Origin: Auanema rhodensis
Taxonomy: Eukaryota; Animalia; Nematoda
Assembly: GCA_964057225.1 (NCBI GenBank)
Contig: OZ059900.1
Coordinates: 806,001 to 870,000 of the forward strand
Length of the DNA: 64,000 nucleotides
Reading direction: 5' to 3'
In this document: positions 1 to 12,400 of the stretch, in pieces
How positions within the stretch are numbered: position 1 is the first letter of the stretch
Layout: each line of letters starts with the position of its first letter
Program-made: the position numbers and the translations under genes
Notes under the pieces: generated by a model
Database searches by the model: none
The model's input: only the letters and a program-made list of their open reading frames with translations
What the model was told of the DNA's origin: nothing

Positions 1-348
1 GATCAAAAAAGGTCGAAAATAGAAAGAATTTTTGAAATTTCCGAGTTTTGAGTCTAATTTGGCTAAATCGCTCATATATATGATCAAAAGCATAGTTTTA
101 CTGTCTATGATAACAAAAGTCTTCAAATATACACTAATAATGATTAAATCACTGAATTTCAGTCAAATAGCATTACTACACTAAGTATGGTCGTTTTTAT
201 GCCTTTAACACCATATACTCACCGATTTTTGGTACAAAATCTGTAATACTTGTAAATTTTGATCATATTTGTTAAGATTCGAGAATCAAACACATAATAC
301 ACGAAATAAGTCTATTTTTACAAGTTTGCACTGATATTTATTCATTTT
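1..348 (+). repeat. Representative 348-bp monomer (arbitrary phase), with three TGATCA (BclI/Sau3AI) sites per unit
   Basis: Positions 1-348 are repeated nearly identically from 349. TGATCA occurs at 81, 260 and 348. Confidence 0.97.
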
Positions 349-1299
349 GATCAAAAAAGGTCGAAAATAGAAAGAATTTTTGAAATTTCCGAGTTTTGAG
401 TCTAATTTGGCTAAATCGCTCATATATATGATCAAAAGCATAGTTTTACTGTCTATGATAACAAAAGTCTTCAAATATACACTAATAATGATTAAATCAC
501 TGAATTTCAGTCAAATAGCATTACTACACTAAGTATGGTCGTTTTTATGCCTTTAACACCATATACTCACCGATTTTTGGTACAAAATCTGTAATACTTG
601 TAAATTTTGATCATATTTGTTAAGATTCGAGAATCAAACACATAATACACGAAATAAGTCTATTTTTACAAGTTTGCACTGATATTTATTCATTTTGATC
701 AAAAAAGGTCGAAAATAGAAAGAATTTTTGAAATTTCCGAGTTTTGAGTCTAATTTGGCTAAATCGCTCATATATATGATCAGAAGCATAGTTTTATTGT
801 CTATGACAACAAAAATCATCAATTAAACGCTAGTGATATTTAAATACTGATTTTCGCTCAAGTAGCATTACTACACTAAGTATGGTCGTTTTTATGCCTT
901 TAACACCATATACTCACCGATTTTTGGTACAAAATCTGTAATACTTGTAAATTTTGATCATATTCGTTAAGATTTGAGAATCAAACACATAATACACAAA
1001 ATCAGTCTATTTTTATGAGTTTACACTGATGTATATTCATTTTGATCAAAAAAGGTCGAAAATAGAAAGAATTTTTGAATTTTCCGAGTTTTGAGTCTAA
1101 TTTGGCTAAATCGCTCATATATATGATCAGAAGCATAGTTTTATTGTCTATGACAACAAAAATCATCAATTAAACGCTAGTGATGTTTAAATACTGATTT
1201 TCGCTCAAATAGCATTACTACACAAAGTATGGTCGTTTTTATGCCTTTAACACCATATACTCACCGATTTTTGGTACAAAATCTGTAATACTCGTAAAT

Positions 1300-4200
1300 T
1301 TTGATCATATTTGTTAAGATTTGAGAATCAAACATACAATACACAAAATCAGTCTATTTTTATGAGTTTACACTGATGTATATTCATTTTGATCAAAAAA
1401 GGTCGAAAATAGAAAGAATTTTTGAATTTTCCGAGTTTTGAGTCGAATTGGGCTAAATCGCTCATATATATGATCAAAAGCATAGTTTTATTGTCTATGA
1501 TAACAAAAGTCTTCAAATATACACTAATAATGATTAAATCACTGAATTTCACTCAAATAGCATTACTACACTAAGTATGGTCGTTTTTATGCCTTTAACA
1601 CCATATACTCACCGATTTTTGGTACAAAATCTGTAATACTTGTAAATTTTGATCATATTTGTTAAGATTCGAGAATCAAACATACAATACACAAAATCAG
1701 TCTATTTTTACAAGTTTGCACTGATATTTATTCATTTTGATCAAAAAAGGTCGAAAATAGAAAGAATTTTTGAAATTTCCGAGTTTTGAGTCCAATTTGG
1801 CTAAATCGCTCATATATAAGATCAAAAGCATAGTTTTATTGTCTATAACAACAAAAGTCATCAATTAAACGCTAGTGATGTTTAAATACTGAATTTCGCT
1901 CAAATAGCATTACTACACTAAGTATGGTCGTTTTTATGCCTTTAACACCATATACTCACCGATTTTTGGTACAAAATCTGTAATACTCGTAAAATTTGAT
2001 CATATTTGTTAAGATTTGAGAATCAAACATACAATACACAAAATCAGTCTATTTTTATGAGCTTGCACTGATATATATTCATTTTGATCAAAAAAGGTCG
2101 AAAATAGAAAGAATTTTTGAAATTTCCGAGTTTTGAGTCTAATTTGGCTAAATCGCTCATATATAAGATCAAAAGCATAGTTTTATTGTCTATAACAACA
2201 AAAGTCATCAATTAAACGCTAGTGATATTTAAATACTGATTTTCGCTCAAGTAGCATTACTACACTAAGTATGGTCGTTTTTATGCCTTTAACACCATAT
2301 ACTCACCGATTTTTGGTACAAAATCTGTAATACTCGTAAAATTTGATCATATTTGTTAAGATTTGAGAATCAAGCACACAATACACAAAATCAGTCTATT
2401 TTTATGAGTTTACACTGATATATATTCATTTTCATCAAAAAAGGTCGAAAATAGAAAGAATTTTTGAATTTTCCGAGTTTTGAGTCGAATTGGGCTAAAT
2501 CGCTCATATATATGATCAAAAGCACAGTTTCACTGTCTATGATAACAAAAGTCTTCAAATATACACTAATAATGATTAAATCACTGAATTTCACTCAAAT
2601 AGCATTACTACACTAAGTATGGTCGTTTTTATGCCTTTAACACCATATACTCACCGATTTTTGGTACAAAATCTGTAATACTTGTAAATTTTGATCATAT
2701 TTGTTGAGATTCGAGAATCAAACACATAATACAAAAAATAAGTCTATTTTTACAAGTTTGCACTGATATTTATTCATTTTGATCAAAAAAGGTCGAAAAT
2801 AGAAAGAATTTTTGAAATTTCCGAGTTTTGAGTCCAATTTGGCTAAATCGCTCATATATATGATCAAAAGCATAGTTTTATTGTCTATAACAACAAAAGT
2901 CATCAATTAAACGCTAGTGATGTTTAAATACTGAATTTCGCTCAAATAGCATTACTACACTAAGTATGGTCGTTTTTATGCCTTTAACACCATATACTCA
3001 CCGATTTTTGGTACAAAATCTGTAATACTCGTAAATTTCGATCATATTCGTTAAGATTTGAGAATCAAACATACAATACACAAAATCAGTCTATTTTTAT
3101 GAGCTTGCACTGATATATATTCATTTTGATCAAAAAAGGTCGAAAATAGAAAGAATTTTTGAAATTTCCGAGTTTTGAGTCTAATTTGGCTAAATCGCTC
3201 ATATATATGATCAGAAGCATAGTTTTATTGTCTATGACAACAAAAGTCATCAATTAAACGCTAGTGATGTTTAAATACTGATTTTCGCTCAAATAGCATT
3301 ACTACACTAAGTATGGTCGTTTTTATGCCTTTAACACCATATACTCACCGATTTTTGGTACAAAATCTGTAATACTCGTAAAATTTGATCATATTTGTTA
3401 AGATTTGAGAATCAAGCACACAATACACAAAATCAGTCTATTTTTATGAGTTTACACTGATATATATTCATTTTCATCAAAAAAGGTCGAAAATAGAAAG
3501 AATTTTTGAATTTTCCGAGTTTTGAGTCGAATTGGGCTAAATCGCTCATATATATGATCAAAAGCACAGTTTCACTGTCTATGATAACAAAAGTCTTCAA
3601 ATATACACTAATAATGATTAAATCACTGAATTTCACTCAAATAGCATTACTACACTAAGTATGGTCGTTTTTATGCCTTTAACACCATATACTCACCGAT
3701 TTTTGGTACAAAATCTGTAATACTTGTAAATTTTGATCATATTTGTTGAGATTCGAGAATCAAACACATAATACAAAAAATAAGTCTATTTTTACAAGTT
3801 TGCACTGATATTTATTCATTTTGATCAAAAAAGGTCGAAAATAGAAAGAATTTTTGAAATTTCCGAGTTTTGAGTCCAATTTGGCTAAATCGCTCATATA
3901 TTTGATCAAAAGCATAGTTTTATTGTCTATAACAACAAAAGTCATCAATTAAACGCTAGTGATGTTTAAATACTGAATTTCGCTCAAATAGCATTACTAC
4001 ACTAAGTATGGTCGTTTTTATACCTTTAACACCATATACTCACCGATTTTTGGTACAAAATCTGTAATACTCGTAAATTTCGATCATATTCGTTAAGATT
4101 TGAGAATCAAACATACAATACACAAAATCAGTCTATTTTTATGAGCTTGCACTGATATATATTCATTTTGATCAAAAAAGGTCGAAAATAGAAAGAATTT

Positions 4201-6100
4201 TTGAAATTTCCGAGTTTTGAGTCTAATTTGGCTAAATCGCTCATATATATGATCAGAAGCATAGTTTTATTGTCTATGACAACAAAAGTCATCAATTAAA
4301 CGCTAGTGATGTTTAAATACTGATTTTCGCTCAAATAGCATTACTACACTAAGTATGGTCGTTTTTATGCCTTTAACACCATATACTCACCGATTTTTGG
4401 TACAAAATCTGTGATACTCGTAAATTTTGATCATATTTGTTAAGATTTGAGAATCAAACACACAATACACAAAATCAGTCTATTTTTATGAGTTTACACT
4501 GATATATATTCATTTTCATCAAAAAAGGTCGAAAATAGAAAGAATTTTTGAATTTTCCGAGTTTTGAGTCGAATTGGGCTAAATCGCTCATATATATGAT
4601 GAAAAGCACAGTTTTACTGTCTATGATAACAAAAGTCTTCAAATATACACTAATAATGATTAAATCACTGAATTTCACTCAAATAGCATTACTACACTAA
4701 GTATGGTCGTTTTTATGCCTTTAACACCATATACTCACCGATTTTTGGTACAAAATCTGTAATACTTGTAAATTTTGATCATATTTGTTAAGATTCGAGA
4801 ATCAAACACATAATACAAAAAATAAGTCTATTTTTACAAGTTTGCACTGATATTTATTCATTTTGATCAAAAAAGGTCGAAAATAGAAAGAATTTTTGAA
4901 TTTTCCGAGTTTTGAGTCCAATTGGGCTAAATCGCTCATATATAAGATCAAAAGCATAGTTTTATTGTCTATAACAACAAAAGTCATCAATTAAACGCTA
5001 GTGATATTTAAATACTGATTTTCGCTCAAGTAGCATTACTACACTAAGTATGGTCGTTTTTATGCCTTTAACACCATATACTCACCGATTTTTGGTACAA
5101 ATTCTGTAATACTTGTAAATTTTGATCATATTCGTTAAGATTTGAGAATCAAACATACAATACACAAAATCAGTCTATTTTTATGAGCTTGCACTGATAT
5201 ATATTCATTTTGATCAAAAAAGGTCGAAAATAGAAAGAATTTTTGAAATTTCCGAGTTTTGAGTCTAATTTGGCTAAATCGCTCATATATATGATCAGAA
5301 GCATAGTTTTATTGTCTATGACAACAAAAATCATCAATGAAACGCTAGTGATGTTTAAATACTGATTTTCGCTCAAATAGCATTACTACACTAAGTATGG
5401 TCGTTTTTATGCCTTTAACACCATATACTCACCGATTTTTGGTACAAAATCTGTAATACTCGTAAAATTTGATCATATTTGTTAAGATTTGAGAATCAAG
5501 CACACAATACACAAAATCAGTCTATTTTTATGAGTTTACACTGATATATATTCATTTTCATCAAAAAAGGTCGAAAATAGAAAGAATTTTTGAATTTTCC
5601 GAGTTTTGAGTCGAATTGGGCTAAATCGCTCATATATATGATCAAAAGCACAGTTTCACTGTCTATGATAACAAAAGTCTTCAAATATACACTAATAATG
5701 ATTAAATCACTGAATTTCACTCAAATAGCATTACTACACTAAGTATGGTCGTTTTTATGCCTTTAACACCATATACTCACCGATTTTTGGTACAAAATCT
5801 GTAATACTTGTAAATTTTGATCATATTTGTTGAGATTCGAGAATCAAACACATAATACAAAAAATAAGTCTATTTTTACAAGTTTGCACTGATATTTATT
5901 CATTTTGATCAAAAAAGGTCGAAAATAGAAAGAATTTTTGAAATTTCCGAGTTTTGAGTCCAATTTGGCTAAATCGCTCATATATATGATCAAAAGCATA
6001 GTTTTATTGTCTATAACAACAAAAGTCATCAATTAAACGCTAGTGATGTTTAAATACTGAATTTCGCTCAAATAGCATTACTACACTAAGTATGGTCGTT
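1300..6100. repeat. 3-mer higher-order repeat (HOR) domain, 1042-bp period
   Basis: Equivalent monomers at 1349, 2391, 3433, 4475, 5517 and at 2718, 3760, 4802, 5844. Marker alleles TTTTCATCAAAAAA (GATC lost, from the 2391 copy on) and GTCGAATTGGG occur every third monomer. Confidence 0.9.
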
Positions 6101-9100
6101 TTTATGCCTTTAACACCATATACTCACCGATTTTTGGTACAAAATCTGTAATACTCGTAAATTTTGATCATATTCAGTGAGATTCGAGAATCAAACACAC
6201 AATACACGAAATAAGTTTATTTTTACGAGTTTGCACTGATATTTATTCATTTTGATCAAAAAAGGTCGAAAATAGAAAGAATTTTTGAAATTTCCGAGTT
6301 TTGAGTCTAATTTGGCTAAATCGCTCATATATATGATCAGAAGCATAGTTTTATTGTCTATGACAACAAAAGTCATCAATTAAACGCTAGTGATGTTTAA
6401 ATACTGAATTTCGCTCAAATAGCATTACTACACTAAGTATGGTCGTTTTTATGCCTTTAACACCATATACTCACCGATTTTTGGTACAAAATCTGTAATA
6501 CTCGTAAATTTTGATCATATTCGGTGAGATTCGAGAATCAAACACACAATACACGAAATAAGTTTATTTTGACGAGTTTGAACTGGTATTTATTCATTTT
6601 GATCAAAAAAGGTCGAAAATAGAAAGAATTTTTGAATTTTCCGAGTTTTGAGTCCAATTGGGCTAAATCGCTCATATATATGATCAAAAGCATAGTTTTA
6701 CTGTCTATGATAACAAAAATCTTCAAATATACACTAATAATGATTGAATCACTGAATTTCACTCAAATAGCATTACTACACTAAGTATGGTCGTTTTTAT
6801 GCCTTTAACACCATATACTCACCGATTTTTGGTACAAAATCTGTGATACTCGTAAATTTTGATCATATTCGGTGAGATTCGAGAATCGAACACACAATAC
6901 ACAAAATAAGTCTATTTTTACGAGTTTGCACTGATATTTATTCATTTTGATCAAAAAAGGTCGAAAATAGAAAGAATTTTTGAAATTTCCGAGTTTTGAG
7001 TCTAATTTGGCTAAATCGCTCATATATATGATCAAAAGCATAGTTTTACTGTCTATGATAACAAAAGTCTTCAAATATACACTAATAATGTGTAAATCAC
7101 TGAATTTCACTCAAATAGCTTTACTACACTAAGTATGGTCGTTTTTATGCCTTTAACACCATATACTCACCGATTTTTGGTACAGAATCTGTAATACTCG
7201 TAAATTTTGATCATATTCGTTAAGATTTGAGAATCAAACATACAATACACAAAATCAGTCTATTTTTATGAGCTTGCACTGATATATATTCATTTTGATC
7301 AAAAAAGGTCGAAAATAGAAAGAATTTTTGAATTTTCCGAGTTTTGAGTCCAATTGGGCTAAATCGCTCATATATATGATCAAAAGCATAGTTTCACTGT
7401 CTATGATAACAAAAGTCTTCAAATATACACTAGTAATGATTAAATCACTGAATTTCACTCAAATAGCTTTACTACACTAAGTATGGTCGTTTTTATGCCT
7501 TTAACACCATATACTCACCGATTTTCGGTACAAAATCTGTAATACTCGTAAATTTCGATCATATCCGTTAAGATTCGAGAATCAAACACACAATACACGA
7601 AATAAGTTTATTTTTACGAGTTTGCACTGATATTTATTCATTTTGATCAAAAAAGGTCGAAAATAGAAAGAATTTTTGAATTTTCCGAGTTTTGAGTCCA
7701 ATTGGGCTAAATCGCTCATATATATGATCAAAAGCATAGTTTCACTGTCTATGATAACAAAAGTCTTCAAATATACACTAGTAATGATTAAATCACTGAA
7801 TTTCACTCAAATAGCTTTACTACACTAAGTATGGTCGTTTTTATGCCTTTAACACCATATACTCACCGATTTTTGGTACAAAATCTGTAATACTCGTAAA
7901 TTTCGATCATATCCGTTAAGATTCGAGAATCAAACACACAATACACGTAATAAGTTTATTTTTACGAGTTTGCACTGATATTTATTCATTTTGATCAAAA
8001 AAGGTCGAAAATAGAAAGAATTTTTGAATTTTCCGAGTTTTGAGTCAAATTTGGCTAAATCGCTCATATATATGATCAAAAGCATAGTTCTATTGTCTAT
8101 AACAACAAAAGTCTTTAATTAAACGCTAGTGATGTTTTAATACTGAATTTTGCTCAAATAGCATTACTACACTAAGTATGGTCGTTTTTATGCCTTTAAC
8201 ACCATATACTCACCGATTTTTGGTACAAAATCTGTAATACTTGTAAATTTTGATCATATTCGTTAAGATTCGAAAATCAAACACACAATACACGAAATAA
8301 GTTTATTTTTACAAGTTTGCACTGATATTCATTCATTTTGATCAAAAAAGGTCGAAACTAGAAAGAATTTTTGAAATTTCCGAGTTTTGAGTCTAATTTG
8401 GCTAAATCGCTCATATATATGATCAGAAGCATAGGTGTATTGTCTATGACAACAAAAGTCATTAATTAAACACTAATGATGTTTAAATCACTAAATTTCG
8501 CTCTAATAGCATTACTACACTAAGTATGGTCGTTTTTATGAATTTAACACCATATACTCACCGATTTTTGGTACAAAATCTGTAATACTCGTAAATTTTG
8601 ATCATATTCGTTAAGATTTGAGAATCAAACACACAATACACAATATCAGTCTATTTTTATGAGCTTGCACTGATATATATTCATTTTGATCAAAAAAGGT
8701 CGAAAATAGAAAGAATTTTTGAAATTTCCGAGTTTTGAGTCCAATTTGGCTAAATCGCTCATATATATGATCAAAAGCATAGTTCTATTGTCTATAACAA
8801 CAAAAGTCTTTAATTAAACGCTAGTGATGTTTTAATACTGAATTTTGCTCAAATAGCATTACTACACTAAGTATGGTCGTTTTTATGCCTTTAACACCAT
8901 ATACTCACCGATTTTTGGTACAAAATCTGTAATACTTGTAAATTTTGATCATATTCGTTAAGATTCGAAAATCAAACACACAATACACGAAATAAGTTTA
9001 TTTTTACAAGTTTGCACTGATATTTATTCATTTTGATCAAAAAAGGTCGAAACTAGAAAGAATTTTTGAAATTTCCGAGTTTTGAGTCTAATTTGGCTAA

Positions 9101-9499
9101 ATCGCTCATATATATGATCAAAAGCATAGTTTCACTGTCTATGATAACAAAAGTCTTCAAATATACACTAGTAATGATTAAATCACTGAATTTCACTCAA
9201 ATAGCATTACTACACTAAGTATGGTCGTTTTTATGCCTTTAACACCATATACTCACCGATTTTTGGTACAAAATCTGTAATACTTGTAAATTTTGATCAT
9301 ATTCGTTAAGATTTGAGAATCAAACACATAATACACGAAATAAGTATTTTTTTACAAGTTTGCACTGATATTTATTCATTTTGATCAAAAAAGGTCGAAA
9401 ATAGAAAGAATTTTTGAAATTTCCGAGTTTTGAGTCCAATTTGGCTAAATCGCTCATATATATGATCAAAAGCATAGTTCTATTGTCTATAACAACAAA

Positions 9500-12400
9500 A
9501 GTCTTTAATTAAACGCTAGTGATGTTTTAATACTGAATTTTGCTCAAATAGCATTACTACACTAAGTATGGTCGTTTTTATGCCTTTAACACCATATACT
9601 CACCGATTTTTGGTACAAAATCTGTAATACTTGTAAATTTTGATCATATTCGTTAAGATTCGAAAATCAAACACACAATACACGAAATAAGTTTATTTTT
9701 ACAAGTTTGCACTGATATTTATTCATTTTGATCAAAAAAGGTCGAAAATAGAAAGAATTTTTGAAATTTCCGAGTTTTGAGTCTAATTTGGCTAAATCGC
9801 TCATATATATGATCAGAAGCATAGGTGTATTGTCTATGACAACAAAAGTCATTAATTAAACACTAATGATGTTTAAATCACTAAATTTCACTCTAATAGC
9901 ATTACTACACTAAGTATGGTCGTTTTTATGACTTTAACACCATATACTCACCGATTTTTGGTACAAAATCTGTAATACTCGTAAATTTTGATCATATTCG
10001 TTAAGATTTGAGAATCAAACACATAATACACAATATCAGTCTATTTTTATGAGCTTGCACTGATATATATTCATTTTGATCAAAAAGGTCGAAAATAGAA
10101 AGAATTTTTGAAATTTCCGAGTTTTGAGTCCAATTTGGCTAAATCGCTCATATATATGATCAAAAGCATAGTTCTATTGTCTATAACAACAAAAGTCTTT
10201 AATTAAACGCTAGTGATGTTTTAATACTGAATTTTGCTCAAATAGCATTACTACACTAAGTATGGTCGTTTTTATGCCTTTAACACCATATACTCACCGA
10301 TTTTTGGTACAAAATCTGTAATACTTGTAAATTTTGATCATATTCGTTAAGATTCGAAAATCAAACACACAATACACGAAATAAGTTTATTTTTACAAGT
10401 TTGCACTGATATTTATTCATTTTGATCAAAAAAGGTCGAAAATAGAAAGAATTTTTGAAATTTCCGAGTTTTGAGTCTAATTTGGCTAAATCGCTCATAT
10501 ATATGATCAGAAGCATAGGTGTATTGTCTATGACAACAAAAGTCATTAATTAAACACTAATGATGTTTAAATCACTAAATTTCGCTCTAATAGCATTACT
10601 ACACTAAGTATGGTCGTTTTTATGACTTTAACACCATATACTCACCGATTTTTGGTACAAAATCTGTAATACTCGTAAATTTTGATCATATTCGTTAAGA
10701 TTTGAGAATCAAACACACAATATCAGTTTATTTTTATGAGCTTGCACTGATATTTATTCATTTTGATCAAAAAAGGTCGAAAATAGAAAGAATTTTTGAA
10801 ATTTCCGAGTTTTGAGTCTAATTTGGCTAAATCGCTCATTTATATGATCAAAAGCATAGTTTTATTGTCTATGACAACAAAAGTCATCAATTAAACGCTA
10901 GTGATGTTTAAATACTGAATTTCGCTCAAATAGCATTACTACACTAAGTATGGTCGTTTTTATGCCTTTAACACCATATACTCACCGATTTTTGGTACAA
11001 AATCTGTAATACTCGTAAATTTTGATCATATTCGTTCAGATTTGAGAATCAAACATACAATACACAAAATGAGTCTATTTTTATGAGCTTGCACTGATAT
11101 ATATTCATTTTGATCAAAAAAGGTCGAAAATAGAAAGAATTTTTGAAATTTCCGAGTTTTGAGTCTAATTTGGCTAAATCGCTCATTTATATGATCAGAA
11201 GCATAGTTTTATTGTCTATGACAACAAAAGTCATCAATTAAACGCTAGTGATGTTTAAATACTGATTTTCGCTCAAATAGCATTACTACACTAAGTATGG
11301 TCGTTTTTATGCCTTTAACACCATATACTCACCGATTTTTGGTACAAAATCTGTAATGCTTGTAAATTTTGATCATATTCGTTAAGATTCGAGAATCAAA
11401 CACATAATACACGAAATAAGTCTAGTTTTATGAGTTTGCACTGATATTTATTCATTTTGATCAAAAAAGGTCGAAAATAGAAAGAATTTTTGAATTTTCC
11501 GAGTTTTGAGTCCAATTGGGCTAAATCGCTCATATATATGATCAAAAGCATAGTTTTACTGTCTATGATAACAAAAGTCTTCAAATATACACTAATAATG
11601 TGTAAATCACTGAATTTCACTCAAATAGCATTACTACACTAAGTATGGTCGTTTTTATGCCTTTAACACCATATACTCACCGATTTTTGGTACAAAATCT
11701 GTAATACTTGTAAATTTTGATCATATTCGTTAAGATTCGAGAATCAAACACATAATACACGAAATAAGTCTATTTTTATGAGTTTGCACTGATATTTATT
11801 CATTTTGATCAAAAAAGGTCGAAAATAGAAAGAATTTTTGAAATTTCCGAGTTTTGAGTCTAATTTGGCTAAATCGCTCATATATATGATCAGAAGCATA
11901 GTTTTATTGTCTATGACAACAAAAATCATCAACTAAACGCTAGTGATGTTTAAATACTGATTTTCGCTCAAATAGCATTACTACACTAAGTATGGTCGTT
12001 TTTATGCCTTTAACACCATATACTCACCGATTTTTGGTACAAAATCTGTAATACTCGTAAATTTTGATCATATTCGTTAAGATTTGAGAATCAAACATAC
12101 AATACAAAAAATCAGTCTATTTTTATGAGCTTGCACTGATATATATTCATTTTGATCAAAAAAGGTCGAAAATAGAAAGAATTTTTGAAATTTCCCAGTT
12201 TTGAGTCTAATTTGGCTAAATCGCTCATATATATGATCAAAAGCATAGTTCTATTGTCTATAACAACAAAAGTCTTTAATTAAACGCTAGTGATGTTTTA
12301 ATACTGAATTTCGCTCAAATAGCATTACTACACTAAGTATGGTCGTTTTTATGCCTTTAACACCATATACTCACCGATTTTTGGTACAAAATCTGTAATA

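Noticed and set aside
1-348. Assignment to a known ~350-360-bp satellite (Drosophila 1.688/359-bp family, Tribolium satellites)
   Set aside because: Only length and AT content are similar. I do not recognise diagnostic sequence identity, and a BLAST or Dfam search is required.
1-348. CENP-B box (TTCG-N4-A-N2-CGGG)
   Set aside because: The consensus has no CGGG or CCCG, so the canonical motif is absent on both strands.
1-348. 5S rRNA, tRNA or snRNA tandem gene unit
   Set aside because: At 27% GC there is no recognisable 5S sequence, tRNA cloverleaf or Pol III A/B box. An Rfam/Infernal scan would confirm.
1-353. ~87-bp tetrameric substructure suggested by TGATCA spacing (81, 179, 88 bp)
   Set aside because: The expected fourth site near position 170-180 is missing and similarity beyond the hexamer is unconvincing. 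Only the dimer is supported.
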